A stretch of 64,000 bases of DNA from an uncultured Gammaproteobacteria bacterium. GTDB lineage: Bacteria; Patescibacteriota; Microgenomatia; Levybacterales; UBA12049. Shown piece by piece: positions 24,019-34,256 of this stretch (position 1 is the first letter of the stretch; each line of letters opens with the position of its first letter). Below the pieces are notes generated by a model. That model worked only from the letters and a program-made list of their open reading frames with translations. It searched no databases and had not been told where the DNA came from. The stretch is taken from the NCBI GenBank assembly GCA_964474445.1, contig CAYYSJ010000003.1, forward strand, positions 81,597 to 145,596. Reading direction: 5' to 3'. Both the position numbers and the translations under genes were made by a program.

Positions 24019-25743
24019 TTGACATTTATGCCTGCAGGTCAAGAGGTAGCTACACAAGTGAAAGGTGATCGTGCTGTGGAAACGCATGAAGGATATACTC
24101 ACCCAAGCTCCCTCCAACTCTATGTACGATTATTAAAAGGGCGAAAACATCTTTCTGTAACAACTCCTTTGACTTCTGAAGATATACAGACTATTCCGTC
24201 TGAGCCACATCAAGCATTAGGAAGATTACAAGCAGAATGGGTAAGAGTAAGAGAACAAATACAGACGCCTGTAGAAGTTTGGGCAAGAAATGTGACTGAA
24301 ACAACAGTTGCGTTGCTAGAGCATGCTGGTACAAAAGCAGAAAAAGTACTTCGTTTTGCATTTAACGGATGGGGAGTTCCGATGAAAGATGGGACATTAC
24401 AGTTTCAAAAAGACGATATTGCAGATGGATTTGGAGGTGACTTTTATCGTCTGTATTGTGGGATAAAACCAGAAGAAGGAATGGCCCATATGGCGAAAAA
24501 GTTAATAGAAACATTTGCCGATGTCTATAAAGTTGATCCGCAAAAGGGACAATCACCTCGTGCAGAGAGAATGGAAAAGGCAGTCTTACTTGTATTGGAA
24601 TCCCTCAAAGGCTGGTTAACCCGATTTTATGGACAAGACGATATCCAGGAAGCATTTACCGCATGTGTCAAAGCAGAACTTGCTGTTTTTACACAAAGAC
24701 TTACTTCTGCAAATGAGGCAATACTAAAAGCATCACTTGGAGAAACACATGTTTCTGTTTTACAAACAATTTCTCAACTTCCTCCAACTGATGAAGAGAT
24801 GCCTCAAGAGGAGTCTCAAACAGTACAGTCAACAGATGAAGCGTCAGTACTTGCAGAAGATAGAGTTGTTTCTCCAGATGGAGACGAACATGCTGTTCCA
24901 ACACACATTTCTGCTGCTGATTTAGTCAACCCAGCTGGTCTGGGAGAATGGTATCCGTTCTCCACAGAAGAAGAGGAATCAACAGCGGAACGTACACCTG
25001 AGGAGAGATTAGCGCTTCTTAGTGAAAAAAGAGCACAATATTATGAAGTTCGAAGTGAAATTCTATCAGTGTCATCTCAACTGCAGGAAAAGCAACAAGA
25101 GGTATTTACTATTGACGGACTTGCGGCCAAATTAAAGCAAGGGCCACAGTATCTGTTACTTTCTATCGATAAACTAAAACTTGCTGAAGATCAGTCTGAA
25201 GCAATAGATGATATTATTCGAAATTCGAAGTTTTTAGATACATCGGTTGATTTTGCTAACCTTACCACTGCTGCACTTCAAGATATACGGCATAGTACTG
25301 TTGAGGTATTCAGAAGGTTACGAGTTGCTTCTTTTAAAGATGTTGAGCGTATTCTTCTCGGAGTAGATAAGAAGAAACTAGATGAAGATGAAATTGCTCT
25401 TCTTATACAGCGCTATGTTGCTGTACTACCTTCGGGGAAATTAACTCCAGATTCATATGCCTACTGGGTAAAAGCGATGTCTGTGCTGCCAACGTTTGGT
25501 GACCAACTGTATTACTTGATTTCACAAGATCATCGAGTAAAGAAGCTGTACGACGGGGTACGAGAAGAAAACCTCCAGAAAGAGTTACGCGCATTACGCG
25601 GAGAAGTTGTTGAAGATGGAAGGAAAAGAACAAGAAGGAGTACGAATTGGTTAGAGATAAAACCAGAGGTCACATCCTTTGGTCCACCCCCTTCGTTAGT
25701 AAGAAGCGCTGCATCATTTGAGGAACGTTTTTCTGATGAATAA
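24019..25743 (+). CDS. Large hypothetical cytoplasmic protein (574 aa), acidic, coiled-coil-rich
   Basis: No TM or signal peptide; alternative ATG at ~24028; no motif recognised. Confidence 0.5.
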   Translation: MTFMPAGQEVATQVKGDRAVETHEGYTHPSSLQLYVRLLKGRKHLSVTTPLTSEDIQTIPSEPHQALGRLQAEWVRVREQIQTPVEVWARNVTETTVALLEHAGTKAEKVLRFAFNGWGVPMKDGTLQFQKDDIADGFGGDFYRLYCGIKPEEGMAHMAKKLIETFADVYKVDPQKGQSPRAERMEKAVLLVLESLKGWLTRFYGQDDIQEAFTACVKAELAVFTQRLTSANEAILKASLGETHVSVLQTISQLPPTDEEMPQEESQTVQSTDEASVLAEDRVVSPDGDEHAVPTHISAADLVNPAGLGEWYPFSTEEEESTAERTPEERLALLSEKRAQYYEVRSEILSVSSQLQEKQQEVFTIDGLAAKLKQGPQYLLLSIDKLKLAEDQSEAIDDIIRNSKFLDTSVDFANLTTAALQDIRHSTVEVFRRLRVASFKDVERILLGVDKKKLDEDEIALLIQRYVAVLPSGKLTPDSYAYWVKAMSVLPTFGDQLYYLISQDHRVKKLYDGVREENLQKELRALRGEVVEDGRKRTRRSTNWLEIKPEVTSFGPPPSLVRSAASFEERFSDE

Positions 25744-25850
25744 TAATATGATACTCATTGATATTATGTACGACATTGTTGACTCTCTGTATGCTGTATT
25801 ACAGAAATTCTATGATATTCTCACATTGACCCCATAGACTACGTGCCTAT

Positions 25851-27905
25851 ATGGCAGGCGCAGTCCCAGAAAAGCAAACTCCAGAACAAAAGGAAGTGTT
25901 TCGGCCATTTATCACACCAGGGATTGCGCGTTTTATGGCTGCAGCTCATGGTGATCTTGCGTTTAAAAAAGTATATAACCCTCAACCTCTCACATTCGAC
26001 AAACCAGGGGATAAACAAGCAATGACAAAAGCATTAGAGGAAGGTGATCCAACTAGGGTCGATATACCTCTTCTTGACCGAGTATCAACAAGCATGCGTA
26101 CACAAGAAACGCAACAGAAAGAACAGGCTGGGGAAAACAATGAACAGCAAATGATAGAATGGGCAGAAGGAATGGTTGGATTTTTACGAAATCTTTCGAC
26201 AACTGCTTCTCCGGAACAGGAAGAATTATTGCGAAAACGATTAGGAGTAGATTTATCCCAAACAGATGAGAACGTGTTATGGGAACAAACAGGCGTATTG
26301 TGGGATAAGTACTTAGTAGGGGAGAGTAATATTGAACAATTTTTTGCAGATGTTTTGACGGGAATTCGTGATTCATTTCCTAAGAATATTGCGGAGATGC
26401 AGCGGCGAATTGCATTAGTAGAGCCTTTTCTTGGAATGTTTGGTGATGAAAGAATTAGTATATTAATTCGAGACGCTGCAAATGCATCTATTTTACTCAA
26501 TGTTGGTGGTCAGTACAAAAAGGATATCATAGACCTGTCGTTACAATCCTTGCAACAAGATTTTTCTACTACCACCCAGAAAGAGTCATACAAATTGTTA
26601 TGGTCACTTATGAAAAACAATATTCCTCCAGAACTGGAACAGACACAAGTACCACAACCCGTTGAAAAAGTCTCTCCTCAAAAGGAAACGACACCTCCGC
26701 CTGCTCCTCCTCCTGTACCAGAAGAACGAGCTCCTTCTGAAAGAGTTCAGCCCAGACAAGTTCCTCAAGTGATAGCGCAACCTGCTGAAGAAAGAGCAGT
26801 ATCACCTTCTGCTCCTTTACCGGAGGGTCAACAGCAACTTCCTCAGCGACAAGAGCCTCATCCTCAAGAGGTAGTTCCTGTTAAAGAAGAGCAAAGACCT
26901 CCTGTTGCAGAAGAAGCAAGGAGAAATATACCTCCGAAACAAGGTCTTCTTCCAGAAAGTTCCCGTAGTGCGGCTGTTACAGCACGAAATCCTGAGCGTC
27001 CATGGGTTGATGGTGATGCACTCTTTGCAAGGGAATTTGCCGAAGGTGCGGCATTTGCATTAGGAGCATTTGACGCTCTAGACAATGGAGGGATGTATAG
27101 TACTGCAATTTCGCAGAAACTACGACATATGGTTGCAAAACACCTTCAGTCATATACTGAAACGCCACCTGTTGATGTAGCTATACGAAGAGCATTGAAT
27201 GTTTTTGAAGAAATACAGCCATTTATTGATCAAGTAAAAAGTGGCGCAGAGAAGGAGTTAGATGCGTTGAAAATCAATGATAGACAAAAAAAAGAAATAG
27301 TGGGTAGCATCGGAACAACAGGATTACTGGGTATAACAGCAAAAGATGGGGATAGTCCTGTTTTGGTAACGATGAATCTTGGCAACTCACGTCTTATTGC
27401 ATTTGACCCCAAACAAGGGAGTGTTACCCCATTAACAGTAGATCAGACAATTGCTGCAAGAAAGTTACGGCTACAACAAGTCCAATCGGAAGATGAAGCA
27501 TTCATTGATCCTCATCGCGCCAATTTATCCCGATGGATAAAGCCAACAGATGTTGATGATCTCGAACGAAAATTCCAAGATCAAATGCTCTATGGATGGG
27601 GTCGAAATGATGACATGTTACGAGTAATTCCATTAAAGAAAGGGAATCTGTATCTTGCTCTCACAAATGGAGTGACCTTTACTATTCCACCTTCAGAACT
27701 ACCAAAAGTGATACAAAGAGCATACAATAATGCGCTTGCTGAAGACGGGACTGTTGATATGGGGAAAGTAGTACGATATGTTGTGAAAGAAGCACGAAAA
27801 AGAATGTTGAGCCCTGATCAGTATCGTCTGACCGTCAAAGGGAGATCAGAAAAATATGTCGTTAGTGATGATGCAGGAGCTGCCGGAATTGCATATGCTG
27901 GATAA
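25851..27905 (+). CDS. Large hypothetical protein (684 aa): N-terminal domain, Pro/Glu/Gln-rich linker, C-terminal degenerate PP2C/SpoIIE-like fold (possible pseudophosphatase)
   Basis: C-terminal motifs aligned by eye to PPM phosphatases: LGAFDALDNGGM (cf. VADGMGGH), SIGTTGLLG (GTT), VTMNLGNSRLIAF (cf. HIGDSR, Asp->Asn), LYLALTNGVTF (cf. LCSDGL, Asp->Asn). Confidence 0.45.
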   Translation: MAGAVPEKQTPEQKEVFRPFITPGIARFMAAAHGDLAFKKVYNPQPLTFDKPGDKQAMTKALEEGDPTRVDIPLLDRVSTSMRTQETQQKEQAGENNEQQMIEWAEGMVGFLRNLSTTASPEQEELLRKRLGVDLSQTDENVLWEQTGVLWDKYLVGESNIEQFFADVLTGIRDSFPKNIAEMQRRIALVEPFLGMFGDERISILIRDAANASILLNVGGQYKKDIIDLSLQSLQQDFSTTTQKESYKLLWSLMKNNIPPELEQTQVPQPVEKVSPQKETTPPPAPPPVPEERAPSERVQPRQVPQVIAQPAEERAVSPSAPLPEGQQQLPQRQEPHPQEVVPVKEEQRPPVAEEARRNIPPKQGLLPESSRSAAVTARNPERPWVDGDALFAREFAEGAAFALGAFDALDNGGMYSTAISQKLRHMVAKHLQSYTETPPVDVAIRRALNVFEEIQPFIDQVKSGAEKELDALKINDRQKKEIVGSIGTTGLLGITAKDGDSPVLVTMNLGNSRLIAFDPKQGSVTPLTVDQTIAARKLRLQQVQSEDEAFIDPHRANLSRWIKPTDVDDLERKFQDQMLYGWGRNDDMLRVIPLKKGNLYLALTNGVTFTIPPSELPKVIQRAYNNALAEDGTVDMGKVVRYVVKEARKRMLSPDQYRLTVKGRSEKYVVSDDAGAAGIAYAG

Positions 27906-28001
27906 AAGAAAAAGCATCTCTCAGGAAAAACTCAGGTGCACTGTGTAACATCAATTGCCTTGCAAAAAAACTCATTTTTTTTGTAGAATACAGGTACTCT
28001 C

Positions 28002-29138
28002 ATGAGACGTCTTCTTGTTCTATTGATTATTTTATTTCTTATTTTAGGCGTGTGGAGTGGGGTACAGCAGTATGGTCCGCATCTCTCAGATTTCTTTCAA
28101 AAACTTCCAGCTGTTTCGCCAACACCTGCTCCAGTAAAAGTTGTCACTGAGGAATCAGTAACAATTAATGTAGTGAAAGGGGTTGGTCCATCCGTTGTTA
28201 CCGTTGTGGGGGAAGGCTCTGCTCCTCAATCGATTAATTTAGGTCCGTTCTCTATTTTTAATATCCCGCAAGATACGACACCGCAACAAAGTGTTGGTTC
28301 AGGTTTCGTGGTGAGTACAGAGGGACTCATTATTACAAATAAGCACGTGGTATCTGATTCCACTGCAAAATATCATATTGTCACCTTTGATAATAAAAAT
28401 TATGATGTGCAACGAATCTATCGAGATCCACTTAATGATATTGCGATCTTAAAGATTGATCCATCTCAAAATGCAGGGACATCTCTTAAACCTGTCACCA
28501 TGGGTGATTCTTCAAATCTACAGGTTGGTCAATTTGCCGTTGCTATTGGTACTGCCCTTGGTGAATTTCGAAATACTGTCACAACAGGTGTGGTTTCAGG
28601 ATTGGGGAGAGGGATCACTGCAGGAGATCAATTTCAGGGATCAGCAGAAAAGTTAGATAATGTTATTCAGACATCAGCTGCTATTAGTCCTGGGAATAGT
28701 GGTGGACCATTGGTCAACTCTTCGGGACAAGTGATTGGTATTAATACTGCCGTTGCCGCGAGTGGACAAAATATTGGTTTTGCATTGCCTATTAACTCAG
28801 TCAAAGATTCCTTAACGAATTTCAATCAGACGGGACAATTTAACAGACCATATTTAGGAGTAGCCTACAAAACAGTGACAAAAGCAGCAGCAATCTTAAA
28901 CGCTGTACCACAGGGAGCGTATGTACAGACCGTTGTGAGTGGATCACCAGCTGATAAAGCAGGGATTCAAAATGGGGATATCCTCACTAAGTTTGATAAC
29001 CAAGACGTAAAAGAAGGAAACGAATTAGCAGGTCTGATCGGTAAAAAGAAGGTTGGCGATACCATTGCAATTAGTGTCTGGCGTGATACAAAAACAATGA
29101 CTGTTTCTGTCACCCTTACTGCTGCTCCCGGACAATAA
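28002..29138 (+). CDS. htrA: HtrA/DegP-family serine protease with C-terminal PDZ domain
   Basis: N-terminal TM; catalytic His (ITNKHVV), Asp (NDIAILKI), Ser (GNSGGPLVNSSGQVIGINTA); PDZ (GSPADKAGIQNGDIL). Confidence 0.85.
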   Translation: MRRLLVLLIILFLILGVWSGVQQYGPHLSDFFQKLPAVSPTPAPVKVVTEESVTINVVKGVGPSVVTVVGEGSAPQSINLGPFSIFNIPQDTTPQQSVGSGFVVSTEGLIITNKHVVSDSTAKYHIVTFDNKNYDVQRIYRDPLNDIAILKIDPSQNAGTSLKPVTMGDSSNLQVGQFAVAIGTALGEFRNTVTTGVVSGLGRGITAGDQFQGSAEKLDNVIQTSAAISPGNSGGPLVNSSGQVIGINTAVAASGQNIGFALPINSVKDSLTNFNQTGQFNRPYLGVAYKTVTKAAAILNAVPQGAYVQTVVSGSPADKAGIQNGDILTKFDNQDVKEGNELAGLIGKKKVGDTIAISVWRDTKTMTVSVTLTAAPGQ

Positions 29139-29189
29139 CAATACGTTTACTCGTGCACGCTTTACCCTTACTTCAGCCTGTGAGATAAT

Positions 29190-30083
29190 ATGTTTATGGT
29201 ACAGATAGAAGAGCATATTCTCTTGGCTCCTTTTACCACATTTCACATAGGTGGACCTGCTGACTATTTCTGCAAAGCGACATCAAAAGATGAAATTGTA
29301 GAAGCAATTCTGTGGGCGCAGGAAAGGAATATCCCTTATTTTCTTTTAGGAGCAGGTGCAAACATTCTTATTGGCGATAAAGGGTATAGGGGACTGGTGA
29401 TTAAAAATGAAAGTGCAGCACTCACTTTCCATGGGACCCACATAACAGCAGAAAGTGGTGCGATAATTGCAGACCTGATTACCCAGACAATATCACTTGG
29501 ACTTTCTGGTCTTGAACATTTTGCTGGCATCCCATCAACAGTTGGAGGAGCCTTGTGGCAAAATCTTCACTTTCTCTCCCCAGATCGTTCAAGAACCGTC
29601 TATATTGCAGAAATTCTGACAAAGGCGGAAATTTTTAGTGAAGAAGGAGATAGAAAAGAAGTAGGGAAAGAGTATTTTAATTTTGGTTATGATTATAGTA
29701 CGCTTCATGTCCGAAAGGATGTGGTTTTATCAGCAACCTTTGCTCTTTCCCAAAAAACACCTGAGGAAGTGGAAACAGTCGCAAATGGTAATCTGGTATG
29801 GCGGACAGAGAAACACCCTGAAGGAGCAATATGGAAATCAGCTGGGTCGGTTTTTAAAAAAATTGAACATCACGGTGCGGGAAGATTGATTCAAGAAGTA
29901 GGACTCAAAGGATATCAAATTGGTGGAGCAAAAATTTCAGAGAAACATGCCAATTTTATTGTGAATGAAGGCGGTGCAACTGCTCAAGATGTGAGAGAGT
30001 TGATAGCGCTTGTAACAGAGCGAGTGAAAGAGCAGTTAGGTCTTATCATGCAACCAGAAATACGTTTTGTAGGAGAGTTTTAA
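29190..30083 (+). CDS. murB: UDP-N-acetylenolpyruvoylglucosamine reductase
   Basis: FAD-binding N-terminus (FTTFHIGGPADYF...LGAGANILIGDKGYRGLVIK) and C-terminal MurB domain (...GGAKISEKHANFIVNEGGATAQDV...). Confidence 0.85.
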   Translation: MFMVQIEEHILLAPFTTFHIGGPADYFCKATSKDEIVEAILWAQERNIPYFLLGAGANILIGDKGYRGLVIKNESAALTFHGTHITAESGAIIADLITQTISLGLSGLEHFAGIPSTVGGALWQNLHFLSPDRSRTVYIAEILTKAEIFSEEGDRKEVGKEYFNFGYDYSTLHVRKDVVLSATFALSQKTPEEVETVANGNLVWRTEKHPEGAIWKSAGSVFKKIEHHGAGRLIQEVGLKGYQIGGAKISEKHANFIVNEGGATAQDVRELIALVTERVKEQLGLIMQPEIRFVGEF

Positions 30084-30090
30084 AATTTCT

Positions 30091-30627
30091 ATGCAGTTTG
30101 CCGTTATTACCTGGAATCAGCTTGAAAAAGATTGTATCGCTTTAGCAAGAAACATTACTGCATCGAAAAAAAAGATTGATGAAATTGTTTCAATCAGCAG
30201 AGGAGGGATGGTTGTTGCTCGTATCTTGTCTGACTTACTAGATGTCCCAGTTTCTCATATTGGGATACAATCGTATCAACATCTAGAGAGTAAAGAGCCT
30301 GTTGTGACTCAGATGTCACCAAGAGATTTTCAAGGAGAGCATATTCTGCTTGTTGATGAATTATCTGATACAGGGAAAACATTTGAAAAAGCGTTAACAT
30401 ATCTTTCCACATTACCGGTAGGAGAAGTACTCACTGCCTCAGCATACATCAAACCTCATACGACATTTGTCCCTGATTTTTGGATTAAAAATATTGCTGC
30501 CTGGCTTATTTTTCCTTATGAACTGCGTGAAACAAAAGAAACATTTATGAAAGAATTTGGAGAAGAAGAGGGGAAACACAAACTTCTAGAGCTTGGAATA
30601 CTGGATTGGGAGGATACGCTTCTCTGA
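30091..30627 (+). CDS. Type I phosphoribosyltransferase-family protein (purine PRTase-like)
   Basis: PRPP-binding motif ILLVDELSDTGKT. Confidence 0.65.
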   Translation: MQFAVITWNQLEKDCIALARNITASKKKIDEIVSISRGGMVVARILSDLLDVPVSHIGIQSYQHLESKEPVVTQMSPRDFQGEHILLVDELSDTGKTFEKALTYLSTLPVGEVLTASAYIKPHTTFVPDFWIKNIAAWLIFPYELRETKETFMKEFGEEEGKHKLLELGILDWEDTLL

Positions 30628-30695
30628 AGTAAATCATCTCATTGACACCCATTCGGCTGTGCTATAATTAATGGTGGTTTACACTATTTATCCAT

Positions 30696-31412
30696 ATGAA
30701 ACTTTCTGTGGTTATTCCCGCGTATAACGAAGAAAAGTATATTGGTGGGTGTTTGCAGAGCTTGATTGATAAAGCAGAAGATGATATCTATGAAATCATC
30801 GTTGTTGATAATGCATCAACTGACAAAACGGCAGAAGTAGCAAAATCATTCAAGGGCGTACGAGTTGTTAAAGAAAAAAGAAAAGGGCTAACCCGTGCAC
30901 GACAAGCGGGACTTCTTGCTGCACGAGGTGATCTCGTTGCCTATATTGATGCTGATACCCACATCAAAGACGAATGGCTCCACAAAGTAAAAAAAGAATT
31001 TGAAAAAAATCCTCGTCTTGTTTGTCTTTCAGCCCCATATAGTCTGTATGATGTGTCAAAGTGGAAAAGAATACTCGTGTGGTCTTACTGGAATTTGCTT
31101 GCCTATCCAACGTATAAATTGATTATGCAATATATGGTCCTTGGAGCAAACTTTGTTGCCAGAAGAAACGTGTTAATGAAAATCGGAGGGTTTGATGCAA
31201 CAATCGAATTTTATGGAGAAGACACTGATATTGCACGACGATTACATAAAATAGGAAAAGTGAAATTCTTACGAAAATCATTAGTGTCGAGTTCAGCTCG
31301 TCGAATGGAAGCTGAAGGATGGGTGAAAATTGGTCTAAAATATACTGCTAATTTTATTTCAGAAGTTCTTCTCCACCGTCCAGCGAATCAAAAATATCAC
31401 GATTATCGGTAA
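30696..31412 (+). CDS. Family 2 glycosyltransferase (GT-A)
   Basis: MKLSVVIPAYNEEKYIGGCLQSL...VVDNASTDKT...YIDADT (DxD). Confidence 0.85.
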   Translation: MKLSVVIPAYNEEKYIGGCLQSLIDKAEDDIYEIIVVDNASTDKTAEVAKSFKGVRVVKEKRKGLTRARQAGLLAARGDLVAYIDADTHIKDEWLHKVKKEFEKNPRLVCLSAPYSLYDVSKWKRILVWSYWNLLAYPTYKLIMQYMVLGANFVARRNVLMKIGGFDATIEFYGEDTDIARRLHKIGKVKFLRKSLVSSSARRMEAEGWVKIGLKYTANFISEVLLHRPANQKYHDYR

Positions 31413-31464
31413 TACAACCAATCTCTTCCTTGATTTTTAGCCTCTCTCCAGATACTATAAGAAT

Positions 31465-31830
31465 ATGGATCAACCAGCAGCAAAAGAAGTAAAAGAAAAG
31501 GTAGACGAGTTACTTGATAAAGTAGAAACCGTTATTGATCAGCAAAAAGAACTCGCCCAAAAACAAGAAGTTATTTTGGATCAAGTCAGTGTTGAGGAAA
31601 AAGAAGGGAAAAAAGTAGAAAAAGAGGTGGAGAAAGTGACCGACATTCAAAGTTCTTTTATTGTGAGAACAAAAAAACATCAATTTCTTTTTCCTCTTAT
31701 TGTGACGGCAGGAGTTGTATTAGTATGGAGAGGCTTCACGGGGATTTTTGATGCAACCCCACTTGTCAGTTATTCTGCAATCTCCTTAGCACTTGGTGTT
31801 ATTATTCTGTGGGTGTTTAATAAGAAATAA
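31465..31830 (+). CDS. Small protein (121 aa): charged coiled-coil N-terminus + two C-terminal TM helices
   Basis: KEVKEKVDELLDKVETVIDQQKELAQKQE...; TMs LFPLIVTAGVVLVW and ISLALGVIILWVF. Confidence 0.45.
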   Translation: MDQPAAKEVKEKVDELLDKVETVIDQQKELAQKQEVILDQVSVEEKEGKKVEKEVEKVTDIQSSFIVRTKKHQFLFPLIVTAGVVLVWRGFTGIFDATPLVSYSAISLALGVIILWVFNKK

Positions 31831-31835
31831 CCTCT

Positions 31836-32309
31836 ATGTCTATTCGGCCGCTGAGTGAAAGAGACAAACCATTTGTCGTGCAAGCGCTTACGAATTTGTG
31901 GGGAAGTGAACAAATTGTCTATTCTGGTGAAATCTTTGATGCTTCACTTCTTCCTGGTTTTCTTGCAGAAGAAGAGGGAAGAGTTGTGGGACTTGTTACC
32001 TATGAAAGAAAAGATACTGTCTGTCAGATTATTTCCTTGAATGCACTTACTCCAGGAAAGGGAATTGGAACAGCACTTGTTGAGGAAGTTAAGAAAGTTG
32101 CGAAAGAACAGGGATGCAAGGAGCTTATTGTAGTGACAACAAATGATAATCTTTCTGCATTACAGTTTTATCAAAAAAAGGGCTTTGTCTTAAAAGCACT
32201 TCGTCCCAATGCGCTTGAGAAATCGCGTCTTGTCAAACCACAAATTCCACTCATTGGCGATAATGGGATTCCCCTTCGAGACGAACTAGAACTGCATATC
32301 CTCTTATAA
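31836..32309 (+). CDS. GNAT-family N-acetyltransferase
   Basis: Acetyl-CoA-binding motif GKGIGTALVEEVKKVAKEQGCKELIVVT...ALQFYQKKGF. Confidence 0.8.
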   Translation: MSIRPLSERDKPFVVQALTNLWGSEQIVYSGEIFDASLLPGFLAEEEGRVVGLVTYERKDTVCQIISLNALTPGKGIGTALVEEVKKVAKEQGCKELIVVTTNDNLSALQFYQKKGFVLKALRPNALEKSRLVKPQIPLIGDNGIPLRDELELHILL

Positions 32310-32362
32310 TTCCTCTCACACTCTTACAAAATTTTTGTCTTTATCAGGCATACTATACTATT

Positions 32363-32971
32363 GTGATAGAGTACAAGACAGGCAGTAACCGCGCTCTGCA
32401 GGAATTAGAGAGGAGGAAAAGACAGGCTGCTAACAGAATAAGCTGGGCAGAATGTGATATGACGGTACAATCACAAAGTCTTTCGGGTTTTTCCCAGAGC
32501 GATGTGAACAAAAGACTTGCACTCAACTTTGTTCGTGCACGGGCAGCAGAAATGCTTTCAGAAATTGATCTGCGATATGTAAAACCAGAGGATCTGCATG
32601 TCTACCAACCACTTGTTGCGGTGAGGGGAACTGGATTTCTCTTATCACTGGATACTAAACAATGGGTGAGGGACATAATTGACTATACAGATGAACTTCC
32701 CCGTCCAGATCTTTCCTGGGTTGCTCTCAAGATGGAAGGAAAAGGAGTGCAAGAAAGGTGTCTTGTTGCGGAGGCATCAGCGCCTAGGATGGATGATTGG
32801 ATCCGTTTTAGACGCTCCACCCGAACTAATCAAACAGGAGTGCATACTGCGCTTCCGTTTTTATTGTATGAAGAAGCACTACGACGACCGAAAAGCGAAG
32901 AAGTTCTCGTCTCCCTCTCAAAAGCACTGACAAGAGGAGAGTTTGTTTTAAACAGTTTTATTTTCTCATGA
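32363..32971 (+). CDS. Hypothetical protein (202 aa), GTG start
   Basis: ORF only; 3' end overlaps convergent gene by 14 nt. Confidence 0.4.
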   Translation: MIEYKTGSNRALQELERRKRQAANRISWAECDMTVQSQSLSGFSQSDVNKRLALNFVRARAAEMLSEIDLRYVKPEDLHVYQPLVAVRGTGFLLSLDTKQWVRDIIDYTDELPRPDLSWVALKMEGKGVQERCLVAEASAPRMDDWIRFRRSTRTNQTGVHTALPFLLYEEALRRPKSEEVLVSLSKALTRGEFVLNSFIFS

Positions 32972-34208
32972 ACAACACTGCATTAGGGATATTCCGTCCA
33001 GGACCAGCTATATAACTGCCATTAAACAGTAATGCAGTTGAGCCACCTTCATCCAAATTCATTGCATCATCCATTCCCAACGCTTTCATCACATGTGCAC
33101 TATCTGTCATATTCGCATTATACATAACACCAATATAGACAGTGCTGCCTTTGTGAGCAATAAAACTTCTGGTACCTTTATTCGTAAATTTTGTATCACT
33201 GCTATCTCCATATACAATATTTCCACCCATGATAAGGAGCGGTTGCATGGCAATCACACTATCAACATCCGTTGCCCTACCCCAATCAGAGGTATGGGCT
33301 CTTACTCCCATCGTGTTACCGGTAAAGTAGACGAGTGGTACCACTGAGTAAACATTATTTGCAGAATTAAAATACACTTTATTTTTATTCATAAGCAATG
33401 TATCAAAAGAGTTTGTTTTTCCAGCACAACTTGGATATTCAGGAGGGCAGAAAAAAGTTCCATTAATACCAGCATAGGCACCACTTCGAGAGACGTATGT
33501 TCCAAGAGGAAGAACTGGACAATTGTTGCTGCAATCTCCATCTGATGCAGTGTCTACAATAACTCGTGTCGAATTTAAGTCTGCGGCAATAATATCAACA
33601 ACAAAAGTTCCGGTATCTGCACTCACACTTTGCCGACTATAGCCACTACCAGGAGGTGTATTGCTTGTCATTGTTGCTTGAGGTGCTGCTGGGACAGCAG
33701 CTTGAGCAAGCTTTGTTTGTTCATCGGAAATGCCTTTTGAGAGTGCGTCGAGTGTTGCTGAGGCTGAGGAATAGTTTCGTTGAGAAAGAAGACTTAAAAT
33801 ATTTGCAAATTGTGTATCAAAACTACTGGTATCTTTTGTTTGTGTTTTTAAGTCCTGCAAAGCCTCATATGTCTTGACCGATTTCGTATAGGTATCTTCA
33901 ATAGATTTTATGGTTGCTTGCAATTCATTATTCCGTTTGTACTGATCAACATTTTTCAGTGCGATAAAGTCTTTCTGAGTTTTTTTCAGCGTTGTGTAAA
34001 GAAGTGTTGTCCGTTGTTTTTGTGAAGCAAGAAAAATTCCTAAGACACTTGTAGTAAGGATTGCTGTAACCCCCAAAGCTATGAATACTTCAGAGGTAAG
34101 CAAAATTTGGTGTACTCGAAGAAAATGAAGGATTTTTGTTTTGACAGCCATGATAGTCGTTGTCCCAACCATATACTTATTGTTACACAGAAAAACGGAA
34201 AAATACAA
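32958..34208 (-). CDS. Membrane-anchored protein with C-terminal phosphodiester-glycosidase-like (DUF2233/NAGPA-like) domain
   Basis: N-terminal TM and coiled coil; C-terminal ...MQPLLIMGGNIVYG...AMNLDEGGSTALLFNG... matches the conserved end of the DUF2233 family. Confidence 0.55.
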   Translation of the reverse strand: MYFSVFLCNNKYMVGTTTIMAVKTKILHFLRVHQILLTSEVFIALGVTAILTTSVLGIFLASQKQRTTLLYTTLKKTQKDFIALKNVDQYKRNNELQATIKSIEDTYTKSVKTYEALQDLKTQTKDTSSFDTQFANILSLLSQRNYSSASATLDALSKGISDEQTKLAQAAVPAAPQATMTSNTPPGSGYSRQSVSADTGTFVVDIIAADLNSTRVIVDTASDGDCSNNCPVLPLGTYVSRSGAYAGINGTFFCPPEYPSCAGKTNSFDTLLMNKNKVYFNSANNVYSVVPLVYFTGNTMGVRAHTSDWGRATDVDSVIAMQPLLIMGGNIVYGDSSDTKFTNKGTRSFIAHKGSTVYIGVMYNANMTDSAHVMKALGMDDAMNLDEGGSTALLFNGSYIAGPGRNIPNAVLFMRK

Positions 34209-34256
34209 TGAATAGGAGAGGATTGATAAGCTAAAAATGGAGCAATGGAATAATGT

